Shown piece after piece: positions 32,467-43,139 of a DNA stretch of 64,000 bases. Origin of the DNA: Terriglobia bacterium. GTDB taxonomy: Bacteria; Acidobacteriota; Terriglobia; JAJPHL01; JAPKYU01. The notes below the pieces were generated by a model. It had not been told where the DNA came from and did not search any database. It worked only from the letters and a program-made list of their open reading frames with translations. Position 1 is the first letter of the stretch; every line of letters starts with the position of its first letter. The position numbers and the translations under genes were made by a program. The DNA is taken from positions 576,001-640,000 of the forward strand of contig CBDBKE010000003.1 in the NCBI GenBank assembly GCA_965206645.1. Reading direction: 5' to 3'.

Positions 32467-32485
32467 TTCAAAGTAGCCCACTACC
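32467..32485 (-). mobile_element. Candidate IS1-type terminal inverted repeat
   Basis: Minus strand reads GGTAGTGGGCTACTTTGAA, similar to the GGTAATG/GGTGATG starts of IS1 IRs; lies near the end of the lower-GC tract. Confidence 0.5.
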
Positions 32486-32571
32486 GAAGGTCCAATGTCC
32501 TTGAGTTTCGGAAGGAAACTATAAGCGAACTCCGGTGCCGGTTCCATCATCTGGCGTGCACCCGGCGTGGT

Positions 32572-33036
32572 TCAGGGCTGGTGGTCCGCAGCCGAAACTT
32601 GCACCTCAAGACCGTCGGGATCCGGGAAGTAGACACGATTGGACCCTGCCGGGCGCCTGGGATTCAATCCCTGGCGCTTCAGCTCTTCCACCACCGAATC
32701 GGCCTGATAATTCCTGATGGCGATACAGAAATGGTCCATCCCGGCGTTTTGATTGTGAAACAGCGCCAGGAAGTTCTTGCCCATTCCAAGGAAGCAACTG
32801 CTGCTGGACTGGCGGACGACCGGCAGGCCGAAGTGCTCCTGGTAGAAATCGCGGGAGCGCGTCACGCTGCTTACCCGCAGGGCGACGTGGTTAATCTCAA
32901 GTCCCTGAAACGTGGACGCAGAGGCGGACCCAGCCTGGGCCGCTAGGGTTACAGCAGCTAGGCCCTGAATCAATTGTCGGCGGCTGACGGCGCCGCCTTC
33001 GTAGCTATCCAGCATGCGCGAGATGATTTGTTCCAT
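32572..33036 (-). CDS. VOC/glyoxalase family protein with Tat-like leader
   Basis: SRRQLIQ leader, INHVAL, MDHFC, YFPDPDGLEVQV. Confidence 0.88.
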   Translation of the reverse strand: MEQIISRMLDSYEGGAVSRRQLIQGLAAVTLAAQAGSASASTFQGLEINHVALRVSSVTRSRDFYQEHFGLPVVRQSSSSCFLGMGKNFLALFHNQNAGMDHFCIAIRNYQADSVVEELKRQGLNPRRPAGSNRVYFPDPDGLEVQVSAADHQP

Positions 33037-33109
33037 GGCAGCCTCCCTTTCCGATTGCGCATTTGTGCGCTGCGACTGGGAGCAATCTTATTCCGACACT
33101 GGGCAGCTT

Positions 33110-33165
33110 TCAATCTGGTCGGGCAACCTGGCAATCTGGCCGGGCAATCTGGTCGGGAATCTGGT
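33110..33165. repeat. Imperfect 13-bp tandem repeat CAATCTGGTCGGG
   Basis: caatctggtcggg caacctgg caatctggccggg caatctggtcggg aatctggt in the divergent intergenic region. Confidence 0.7.
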
Positions 33166-33237
33166 GGCCTGGGTAAAGCAGAAAGGTTCTGCGCCACGAA
33201 TTCAGAATCGTTGCTTTAATATCAATGGAGAGGGCAG

Positions 33238-34143
33238 GTGATGCCAGCTAAGGTCTTGGTGGGAACAACCGTTGGACTCCATGAGTTGGGTAAGGACCGG
33301 AGTGTTCAGCTGGCGGGGCGCGATGTCACGTGGGTGACGAACCATGCTTCGGGGCGGTGGGCCATTGTCGATGGCAGGGAGATTTGGCATGTCGCTCCCA
33401 GAGGCAACTGGAAGCTGGTCACTGCCATTGACGCCCAAGAGGCAAACTGTCTATTGCTCGTGTCGTCTGAAATTTTCCTAGGGACCTCGGAAGCCCATCT
33501 GTTTCTGCTGAGAGACGGGGAGCTCGAGCGGGTCCATTCCTTCGACCAAACTGAAGGTAGGGACACATGGTTTACACCGTGGGGCGGGCCACCGGATGTG
33601 CGGTCGATGTTTGCAGACCCGAAGGGCACGGTTTATGTCAATGTGCACGTCGGAGGAGTGCCGCGATCCGAAGACGGTGGTAAGTCCTGGCACCCCACCA
33701 TCGATGTCGAGGCCGACGTTCATCAGGTTCTCTGCGACCCTGGCTCCGGGCTGGTTTTTGCGGCTACGGGTCAGGGGCTCGCCGTCAGTGCCGATGGAGG
33801 AAAGTCCTGGGAGTTTGATGCTCAAGGGCTGCATGGAGACTACCTCCGAGCAGTCGCGGTTGCTGGTGAGACGGTCTTGGTTACGGCATCAACCGGTCCA
33901 TTCACACACCGTGCCGCGTTGTACCGAAGACCTGTTTCTGGTGGCGGGCACTTTGAGCGATGCGAGAAGGGTCTGCCCAAGTGGTTCTCCAAGAACATCG
34001 ACACGTATTGCTTAGCGGGGTGCGATGCCCAGGCGGCTTTCGGTACCTCAGAAGGGAAGGTATTTGTCTCGTTGGACCAAGGCTCGAGCTGGACAGTAGC
34101 GGCAGAGGGACTCGCGGCGGTCCGATGTCTGGCTCTCGCTTGA
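33238..34143 (+). CDS. BNR/Asp-box beta-propeller protein
   Basis: Repeated SxDGGKSW / SLDQGSSW Asp-boxes. Confidence 0.8.
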   Translation: MMPAKVLVGTTVGLHELGKDRSVQLAGRDVTWVTNHASGRWAIVDGREIWHVAPRGNWKLVTAIDAQEANCLLLVSSEIFLGTSEAHLFLLRDGELERVHSFDQTEGRDTWFTPWGGPPDVRSMFADPKGTVYVNVHVGGVPRSEDGGKSWHPTIDVEADVHQVLCDPGSGLVFAATGQGLAVSADGGKSWEFDAQGLHGDYLRAVAVAGETVLVTASTGPFTHRAALYRRPVSGGGHFERCEKGLPKWFSKNIDTYCLAGCDAQAAFGTSEGKVFVSLDQGSSWTVAAEGLAAVRCLALA

Positions 34144-34228
34144 GCCAGCTCCGGCCGTCCGAACTCATGTGACATCACTCAGGTGACATCGGGGCTCCCT
34201 TCCGGGAGCTGTTGCCTCGGAGGAAATC

Positions 34229-34639
34229 GTGCTTCAAGCGAAAATTGCGGCTCTAAAACCTTATGTGCTTTCGTTGTTGCGGATCGTCGCCGGGTTTACC
34301 TTCTCACTCCACGGCTTCCAGAAAGTCTTCGGACTCCTGGGAGGGATGGGGGGAACCGGCGCCAAAGCCCAATTCTTTTCCCTCATCTGGTTTGCCGGCT
34401 TCCTGGAACTCGTGGGGGGCCTGCTGCTCATCTTGGGCCTCTTCACCGTGCCCACTGCTTTCCTTTTAAGTGGTCAGATGGCGGTGGCGTATTTCATGGC
34501 CCACTTTCCGAGAGGATTCTGGCCGATTCTGAATGGGGGCGAGCTGGGCGCTCTGTACAGCTTCGTGTTCTTGTACCTGTTCGCCGCCGGTCCCGGTCCC
34601 TGGAGTCTGGACCGCCTGCTGCGCAAGAAACCAACCTGA
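34229..34639 (+). CDS. DoxX family membrane protein
   Basis: LLRIVAG...HGFQK, ELVGGLLLILGLFT, MAVAYF, GPGPWSLD. Confidence 0.9.
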   Translation: MLQAKIAALKPYVLSLLRIVAGFTFSLHGFQKVFGLLGGMGGTGAKAQFFSLIWFAGFLELVGGLLLILGLFTVPTAFLLSGQMAVAYFMAHFPRGFWPILNGGELGALYSFVFLYLFAAGPGPWSLDRLLRKKPT

Positions 34640-34730
34640 GCAAGCACCGCTGCTGGCATCGGAACTGCTGGCGTCGGAACGCTTCCTTCCCCCAGGCAAG
34701 ATTCACCGGGTCCCCGCGGAAGGATCTGGG

Positions 34731-35684
34731 CTACTCGCGCTTGGTTGGAGGCGTGCGCTCGGTCGCGAGCATCTCGCGGATGCCTCCCACCGAGCCAAGA
34801 ATGCTGCTGGCCTCGAAGGGGAGGAAGATCTTGGTTGCCTGTCCCGCGGAGATCTTTTCGAGCGACTCCAGGTACTTCAGTGCGATGAGGTAGTTGGCCG
34901 GGCTGGCCTCGCCCAACGCTCCGCGCACGCGAGTGAGCGCCTCAGCTTCTGCCTGAGCGATTTTCAGCCGCGCTTCGGCCACGCCTTCCGCATCCAGGAT
35001 GGTGGCGCGCTTGTCTCCTTCGGCTTTGGCAATGGCGGCCTCCCGTTGCCCTTCGGCACTCAAGATGGCTGACCTCTTGGTGCCTTCCGCCTCGGTGACC
35101 ACGGCCCGCCGTTCGCGCTCCGCCTTCATCTGCATGGCCATGGCGTCGCGAATCTCCCGTGGCGGCTCGATGTTCTTCAATTCTACACGGTTGACCTTGA
35201 CTCCCCACTTGTCCGTGGCCTCATCGAGCACATCGCGCAGCTTGGCGTTCACCGTCTCCCGCGAGGTGAGGGTATCATCCAGCGCCAGCTCGCCCATCAC
35301 GTTGCGCAGGCTGGTCACGGTGAGCTGGTGGATGGCTGCCCCCAGGTCAACGATTTCGTAAATGGCTTTAAACGGATCGGTAATCTGGAAGTACAGTACC
35401 GTATCCACTTCCATGGTGACGTTGTCGCGGGTAATCACCGGTTGGGGCGGGAAGTCGATCACCTGTTCCCGCATGTCCACATGGGGAGACCGCCGGCCCG
35501 ACAACACAAATGGCCGGACGCTGTCCACAAACGGCCAGATGAAATTGATCCCGCTGTGGGCAATCTTGTGGAACTTGCCCAACCTCTCCACGATCTTGAC
35601 CGTGGCCTGCTGAACGATCTGGATGCCTCTTTTGGCCACCACGAAAAGCACAATCACCAGAACAAAGAAAGTAAACCCCGTCAT
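34731..35684 (-). CDS. SPFH/stomatin-like protein (QmcA/paraslipin type)
   Basis: VERLGKF, VITRDNV, WGVKVNRVELK.I.PP, QMKAERERRA...AEG repeats. Confidence 0.92.
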   Translation of the reverse strand: MTGFTFFVLVIVLFVVAKRGIQIVQQATVKIVERLGKFHKIAHSGINFIWPFVDSVRPFVLSGRRSPHVDMREQVIDFPPQPVITRDNVTMEVDTVLYFQITDPFKAIYEIVDLGAAIHQLTVTSLRNVMGELALDDTLTSRETVNAKLRDVLDEATDKWGVKVNRVELKNIEPPREIRDAMAMQMKAERERRAVVTEAEGTKRSAILSAEGQREAAIAKAEGDKRATILDAEGVAEARLKIAQAEAEALTRVRGALGEASPANYLIALKYLESLEKISAGQATKIFLPFEASSILGSVGGIREMLATERTPPTKRE

Positions 35685-35693
35685 AGCTCCCTC

Positions 35694-36923
35694 CTAAATT
35701 GGTTTCACCCGAACCTTGTTCCCCACCACGTCCAGAACCTCCACTTTGGCTCCTTCAAGAATCTGGGTTTCCTCCTCACAGATAGCGGACCACACCTCTC
35801 CCCCAATCTTTACCGAGCCCGTCTTGAGAGTACCCTCGATGGCCTTCAGCACGATTGCTTGCTGGCCTTTCAGGGCTTCGACATTTGTGGCGACGCTCTG
35901 CTGGCTGCGAAACAGCGTGCTCTGGAATATGGTGCGCGAAAACACCAGCAGCAGAAACGAAATAGCCAAAAAGGCGCTCACCTGAACCGCCTGCGACATC
36001 CCCAGGAAGGCCAGTAAAGCAGCTACCAAAGCTCCCACCCCGAACCAGAGAACAAAGAATGCGGGGATCAGGATTTCTACCACAACCAGCGCCAGACCCA
36101 GGAGCAACCAAACATGCCAGGTGCGAAACTGCTCGAACCAACCGCGCGCGTCCACAGCTTCGGCTGCACGCGCGGCTTCCTTGCGGCTTTCGGCGACCAG
36201 TTCGAGCTTGTAGGTTTCGAGCAGCTGTTCCAAATCTTTGCTCTTAGCTGCCGCAAGCTTCAGGGTCAAGGCCTCCTGGGTGGTCAAGGTCAACAGCTTC
36301 CCCTTCTCCACGACTTCCGGGACCACCACATCGGCATCTACCATCGCCTCGGCCAGCGCGCCCGGATGATTTCGGCTTTCCGCGGTCGCCTTCATCTCTT
36401 TGCGGAAGTAACTGATCGCTTTTTCCCCTGCTGGCTCCGACTCCGTCCAGGTCAACCGCACAGGAGTGGCCGCCCCGATCGTGGACCCCGGCGCCATGAC
36501 GATCTCGTGGCTGGCCAGGGCAAGCAGCGCGCCGGCCGAGATGGCGCGTTTGTTCACAAAAGCGATGACGTGCAACGGCGTGTCCAAGAGAGCGTCTCGG
36601 ATTGCGACGGCCGCGTCTAACTCCCCGCCGAAAGTGTCAATTTCCAGGATTGCCGCTTGTGCTCCTGAGGCCGCTGCTTTTTGGAGTTCCTGGCGGATCC
36701 GCCTTGCCAGGCGACTGTTTACAGGCCCCTTCGCGAGAATCAGATAAGCCTCACTCGGACCGGCCGCCTCTTCAGCGCTCGCCTGCCCTTGTCCAGCCTC
36801 CTCCTGCAATGCTTTGGCTCCCGTGGCGGGTGCCGTCACAAGGGGGATTGCGAAGGCGAAGCCGACCAGTGCGGACAGGAGTGCCCGCCTAAGCCACCAC
36901 ATATCCATTCGCCTGCTCTGCAT
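35694..36923 (-). CDS. NfeD family protein (ClpP-like protease domain + membrane/OB-fold C-terminus)
   Basis: IDTFGG, AISAGAL, GSTIGAATPV, GKLLTLT; C-terminal GSVKIGGEVWSA OB fold. Confidence 0.85.
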   Translation of the reverse strand: MQSRRMDMWWLRRALLSALVGFAFAIPLVTAPATGAKALQEEAGQGQASAEEAAGPSEAYLILAKGPVNSRLARRIRQELQKAAASGAQAAILEIDTFGGELDAAVAIRDALLDTPLHVIAFVNKRAISAGALLALASHEIVMAPGSTIGAATPVRLTWTESEPAGEKAISYFRKEMKATAESRNHPGALAEAMVDADVVVPEVVEKGKLLTLTTQEALTLKLAAAKSKDLEQLLETYKLELVAESRKEAARAAEAVDARGWFEQFRTWHVWLLLGLALVVVEILIPAFFVLWFGVGALVAALLAFLGMSQAVQVSAFLAISFLLLVFSRTIFQSTLFRSQQSVATNVEALKGQQAIVLKAIEGTLKTGSVKIGGEVWSAICEEETQILEGAKVEVLDVVGNKVRVKPI

Positions 36924-37040
36924 ACTTGTCTTTGTGAACCCCTATGATCGTCAAGGCTAACGCGATGACGCTGGCCTCGTCAATTCTGATGCTGGTCTGA
37001 TGCCGGAAAAGAAAGGCCGAGGCGGATCGGGATTGCTTCG

Positions 37041-37502
37041 CTAGAGCTCTCGGGCCATCAGCCAGGCGTCCATGCGGCCAAGGTAGTAGCGTCGGACACG
37101 GGCCACGGTCTGGTAGCCAAGCTTGCGGTAAAAGGCCACTGCCTGAGTGTTCTCCACCCAAGTGAAGAGCTCTACGTGCGTGACCTTCATCTGCTTGAAT
37201 CGCCCCTGTGCCCGCTCGATCAGCTCCGTGGCGATGCCCGCCCGGCGGTATTCCGGCAGCACCTCAATCGTGATGATGTGGCCATTGGCGTCGTGTTCCC
37301 GGCGGCCGAGGACAAATCCGGTGATGCCGGTCGCCTGCTGGTCTTCCGCAACGATCGCGAAGGTGTCTCGGGACCGCAGCCAGTAGGACAACTCAGCCGG
37401 GCTATAGGCGATGCCTGCCGGGAAACACAGCCGGTCAATATCGCATAGCGCGCGGAAATCGCCCGGCTGATAGTCACGGAACCCAATGCCGGCTTTGTTC
37501 AT
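37041..37502 (-). CDS. GNAT acetyltransferase (RimI-like)
   Basis: GHIITIEVLPEYRRAGIA, N..AVAFYRKLGY, RRYY..DAWLM. Confidence 0.88.
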   Translation of the reverse strand: MNKAGIGFRDYQPGDFRALCDIDRLCFPAGIAYSPAELSYWLRSRDTFAIVAEDQQATGITGFVLGRREHDANGHIITIEVLPEYRRAGIATELIERAQGRFKQMKVTHVELFTWVENTQAVAFYRKLGYQTVARVRRYYLGRMDAWLMAREL

Positions 37503-37680
37503 TTCCTTGGCTTGGCGCTGCCAGGTGGCAACCGGAGTGACACTCGGGACTCGTCTTTGGTCACTGCCGCTGCCTGGCATCAGTAAGCCCTGTTTCAGAG
37601 TGTGGGAAGAGCCTTGCGCTTTCTCAGTGTAGCAGGCGCCGAAACGGGTGTGGAGAGATTGCTGGCTGGAGACGCCCGCT

Positions 37681-38562
37681 CTAGCGGCGCCCGGCGTGCG
37701 ATTCGACCGGTTCGGGAGCCACCGCGCGCGGCGGCCCCAGGGCCTGTAGCCGATACAGGTGGTTGAGCAACACGGGCCAGCGTCCCATCGCGTGACCTTT
37801 TTCCATGGCCTGGGTGACGTAAGCCTTAGCCAGCACGATTGCGTCCGGCAGGGACTTGCCCAGGGCCAGGTTGGCCGCGATCGCCGAAGAGAACGTGCAG
37901 CGGGCCCCATGCATCTTCGGTGGGCGGAGCCGGCCGCCAGCCCTGTTGCCAGCAAAGACGAAATTCTCTCTGCCGTCAAACAGCACGTCCTGGGGCTTTT
38001 TAAGGTGCTCCCCGGTGATCACCACCGCTGCTCCACACATGCCGTGGAGGCTTGCGGCGACCGCTTTCATCTCCTCGACGGTACGCAGGCTCCACCCGGT
38101 CAGGTGGGAAGCCTCCTCCGTGTTGGGAGTCATGAGGGTAGCTTTGGGAAGAAGCCGGTCGTGCAGCAGCTCCACGGCCTCCGGCGCCAGCATGGAGGCG
38201 CCGCTGCCGGAGCGAAACATCGGGTCCAGAACCACAAACGGTAGAGCATAGCGGTCCAGTGCGGCGACCACCGCCTCAACGTTGGCGGCCGAACCCATCA
38301 GACCAATCTTAACTCCGGCCAGGGGGATGTCCTCCGCCAGGGGCGCGATCTGTTGGGCCAACCATGACGCTGGAACGTCCTGGCGACCGCCCACCCGTTC
38401 GGTGTGTCGCACGGTAAGTGTCGTCACCGCTGACACCCCGTAGCAATTGTGGGCTGCAAAGGTTTTCAAGTCTGCGATGATGCCGGCGCCACCGGAAGGG
38501 TCGAAGGCCGCAATGGTGAGAACCACGGGCACGTCGGTTCCGGCTTCGCCACGCGCATGCAT
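37681..38562 (-). CDS. thiD: Hydroxymethylpyrimidine/phosphomethylpyrimidine kinase family
   Basis: DPSGGAGIIADLKTF, VKIGLM, VVLDP, TPNTEEA; leaderless start. Confidence 0.82.
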   Translation of the reverse strand: MHARGEAGTDVPVVLTIAAFDPSGGAGIIADLKTFAAHNCYGVSAVTTLTVRHTERVGGRQDVPASWLAQQIAPLAEDIPLAGVKIGLMGSAANVEAVVAALDRYALPFVVLDPMFRSGSGASMLAPEAVELLHDRLLPKATLMTPNTEEASHLTGWSLRTVEEMKAVAASLHGMCGAAVVITGEHLKKPQDVLFDGRENFVFAGNRAGGRLRPPKMHGARCTFSSAIAANLALGKSLPDAIVLAKAYVTQAMEKGHAMGRWPVLLNHLYRLQALGPPRAVAPEPVESHAGRR

Positions 38563-38754
38563 AGCCAGAAAGGTAGCGCGGCCGGTCCGGGAACGCAATT
38601 ACTGTCGCGAAGGGGGAAACCAATCAGTCACCAGCAACCAGCGGGCCACAGTGCCTTCCCGCCGTAGGAGTCAGCGGCCTCGCGGCCCTACGGACTCGAT
38701 TTCCAACCGCTCTTGCTTCACCGCCTGGATTGGCCTACCATTGAGGAAGTCCAC

Positions 38755-39300
38755 ATGACCGTTGACGAAGCAATCACCCAGATCGAGGACGGCATACGCC
38801 GACTGAAGATCGAGTTTGACATCTGCTTTAACGGCGCCTCGAAGCGTCCTCCCACGGACCTCCACTGGAAGATCGAGAGCCTGATCAAGCGCTACGGCGA
38901 GGGGCAGAAGCTGACATTTGCTCAACGGTTCCGCTACAACAGCCTGGTGTCTCGCTACGCCCTCTTCAACGACAGGTGGCGGCAGAAAGTAAAAGCCCGC
39001 GAGGAAGGCCGCGAACCGCGCCGACGCGAGGAGCCGCGCGAGGAAGCCCCGGCAGCGTTCAAAACCCAATGGCAGGACCCGGACAAAGAGCACCAAAAGG
39101 TGGAACAGCTGTTCCAGGCCCTGGTGGAGGCCAAGAAACAGTGTGGGCAGGCGGGCGACGCCCTGCCGCTGGACAACTTCAAGCGCTTCGTCAAGCAGAA
39201 GACCGAGCAGTTGAAGAAAGACCAGGGGTGTCAGTCTGTTGAGTACGTCGTGGAGGTGGAAAAAGGCCAGGTCCGATTAAAAGCAAAAGGCTCATCCTGA
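38755..39300 (+). CDS. Hypothetical protein (resembles MXAN_5187 C-terminal domain proteins)
   Basis: LKIEFD..F.G..KRPP, RFRYNSL..RY, C-terminal VEYVVEVEKGQVRLKAK; GAGG SD. Confidence 0.7.
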   Translation: MTVDEAITQIEDGIRRLKIEFDICFNGASKRPPTDLHWKIESLIKRYGEGQKLTFAQRFRYNSLVSRYALFNDRWRQKVKAREEGREPRRREEPREEAPAAFKTQWQDPDKEHQKVEQLFQALVEAKKQCGQAGDALPLDNFKRFVKQKTEQLKKDQGCQSVEYVVEVEKGQVRLKAKGSS

Positions 39301-39350
39301 GTTTCTGACGATCCAAAGCGTCGGCATCCTCTATTTTTTCGACCCCATCT

Positions 39351-40925
<1,575 letters not shown>

Positions 40926-41060
40926 TGGAGGAAGACCGTCGACTCGAACGCGCACGAGCCAGAACGGTTCCTACTGGTGACCTTATCTGATCCGTTTTCG
41001 GGCCTCGAGGACGTGCTATACTGGGGGAAAGTGGGCTCAGATGCCTTCTGAGCAGGCGGC

Positions 41061-43139
41061 TTGATGAACAGATTCCTGTCGGTAGTCTTACTGCTGCTGC
41101 TGGGTGCCGGGGGGCTGTGCGGGCAACAATCCGAGGAGCCTGAAGCGCAGCCTGGTGCCCTCAGCAACTTGCCCACAGCGGTACCCGACCGCGGTCGGTC
41201 CTATTACCACTACACTTTGGCTCACCTCTACAAGGAAATGGCAGTAGCCCACAGCCGTCAGGATTACTTTGCCCGGGCCATCGAAGAATACAAGCAGGCC
41301 ATCCAGTACGACCCAGGTTCAGCTTTTCTTAGCGCGGAGCTGGCCGACCTGTACGCCCGCGCCGGGCGCATCCGCGAGGCGGTGCTGCAAGCCGAAGAGG
41401 TGCTCCAGCGCGATCCCAGTAGTCTGGAGGCACGGCGCCTCTTGGGCCGCATTTACCTGCGGGTGCTAGGGGAGCCCTCAGGCGGCGGGCAGCGGGGAGA
41501 CGTGCAGCGCCGGGCCATCGAGCAGTTCGAAGCGATTGCCCGGCTCCAGCCCAAGGACCTGGGTGTCCGGGTCACCCTGGGGAGGCTGTACCGGTTGAGC
41601 AGCGACTTTAGCAAGGCCGAGGAGGTGCTCAAGGAAGCGCTGGCACTGGAGCCGGAATCCGAGGCGGCGCTGACGACCCTGGCCTTCCTCTACACCGACA
41701 CCAGCCAGTTTCATGCTGCTTCGGAACTGCTGGAAAAAGCCACTGGCCGGAATCCGGACCCCAAGCTCCTAGCAGCCCTCGGGGCGGCCTACGAGCAGGG
41801 GCGCGAGCATGAGAAAGCCGTTCAAGCCTACCGCAAGGCTTTGGAGCGGGACAAGGACAACGCTCAATTCCTCAGCGCGCTGGGCCGCAACCTGATCTAC
41901 AACGAACAGTACGAGGAAGCCCTGGTTCCCTATCAGGCGGTGGCGGCCGCCCAACCCCGCAACGGGAACGCCTTCCTGCGGATGGGGCAAATCTACCGCC
42001 AGTTGAGGAAGTACGATCTGGCATTGGAAAACCTGAGGAAGGCCGGGGCACTGCTGCCGGAAAGCGTGGAGGTTCCTTACAACCTGGCATTGTTGCACGA
42101 AGCCCAGGGTCGGCCGCACGAGGCCATCCAGGCAATGCAGAAGTTGTTGGACCAGACGAACAAGGCCGGCGCCAGCCAAAACGGTCCACGCGAGAAAGCC
42201 AACCGGGCCATCTTGCTGGAGCGGCTCGGGGTTCTGTACCGCAGCACGGAAGATTACGCGGCCGCCGAAGAGGCGTTCCGGCAGATGCTGGAAAGCGACG
42301 AGGAAAACGCAGTCCGCGGGGCCACCCAGCTGGTGGAAACCCTCCGCCAGGCCAGAGAGCTACCCCGGGCGCTGGCCGAGGCTGAAGCGGCACTCCAACG
42401 TTTCCCCGAGGAACGCAGCCTGAAGCTCACTCACGTTTCGCTTCTGGGCGAGAGCGGAGAGGCGGAACGCGCCTCCCAGATTCTGCGAGCCATGCTCCAG
42501 GACAAACCGGAGGACCGCGAGGTGCTGCTCACCCTGGCTCAGGTGAACGAGCGCGCGAAGCGCTATCGGGAGGCCGAGCAGGCTATCGCCGCAGCGGAAA
42601 AGTACTCGTCGCGCCAAGAGGAAAAGGAGTTCGTTTACTTCCTCTGGGGCTCCATTCTGGAGCGGCAGAAGAAATACGACGGCGCCGAAGAGCAGTTCCA
42701 GAAAGCCCTGGCCATCAACCCCCAGAGTGCGATGACCCTCAACTACCTCGGCTACATGCTGGCCGACCGTGGCGTGCGCCTTGAGGAAGCCAAACGATAC
42801 ATTCAGGCCGCCCTGGAGCAGGACCCCAATAACGGAGCCTACCTGGACAGCCTGGGCTGGGTGTTTTACAAGCTGGACCAGTTAGACGTGGCCGAGCAGT
42901 ACCTGCTGAGGGCGGTCCAGCGGATTTCCCGCGATGCCACCATCCACGACCACCTGGGCGACGTGTACTACAGCACCGGGCGAATTCGCGAAGCGCTGAT
43001 TCATTGGCAAAAGGCGCTGGCCCACTGGTCGCGCGCCCTGGCCAGCGAAGCTGACCCGCAGGAAGTGGCGAAGATCCAGAAGAAGCTGGAAGGCGCTAAA
43101 GTGCGCCTGGCCCGGGAAACCGGCAAGAAGCGAGATTGA
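41061..43139 (+). CDS. Exported TPR-repeat protein
   Basis: Many TPRs; LNYLGYMLAD, YLDSLGWV, HDHLGD motifs typical of the TPR gene found upstream of ispE. Confidence 0.88.
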   Translation: MMNRFLSVVLLLLLGAGGLCGQQSEEPEAQPGALSNLPTAVPDRGRSYYHYTLAHLYKEMAVAHSRQDYFARAIEEYKQAIQYDPGSAFLSAELADLYARAGRIREAVLQAEEVLQRDPSSLEARRLLGRIYLRVLGEPSGGGQRGDVQRRAIEQFEAIARLQPKDLGVRVTLGRLYRLSSDFSKAEEVLKEALALEPESEAALTTLAFLYTDTSQFHAASELLEKATGRNPDPKLLAALGAAYEQGREHEKAVQAYRKALERDKDNAQFLSALGRNLIYNEQYEEALVPYQAVAAAQPRNGNAFLRMGQIYRQLRKYDLALENLRKAGALLPESVEVPYNLALLHEAQGRPHEAIQAMQKLLDQTNKAGASQNGPREKANRAILLERLGVLYRSTEDYAAAEEAFRQMLESDEENAVRGATQLVETLRQARELPRALAEAEAALQRFPEERSLKLTHVSLLGESGEAERASQILRAMLQDKPEDREVLLTLAQVNERAKRYREAEQAIAAAEKYSSRQEEKEFVYFLWGSILERQKKYDGAEEQFQKALAINPQSAMTLNYLGYMLADRGVRLEEAKRYIQAALEQDPNNGAYLDSLGWVFYKLDQLDVAEQYLLRAVQRISRDATIHDHLGDVYYSTGRIREALIHWQKALAHWSRALASEADPQEVAKIQKKLEGAKVRLARETGKKRD

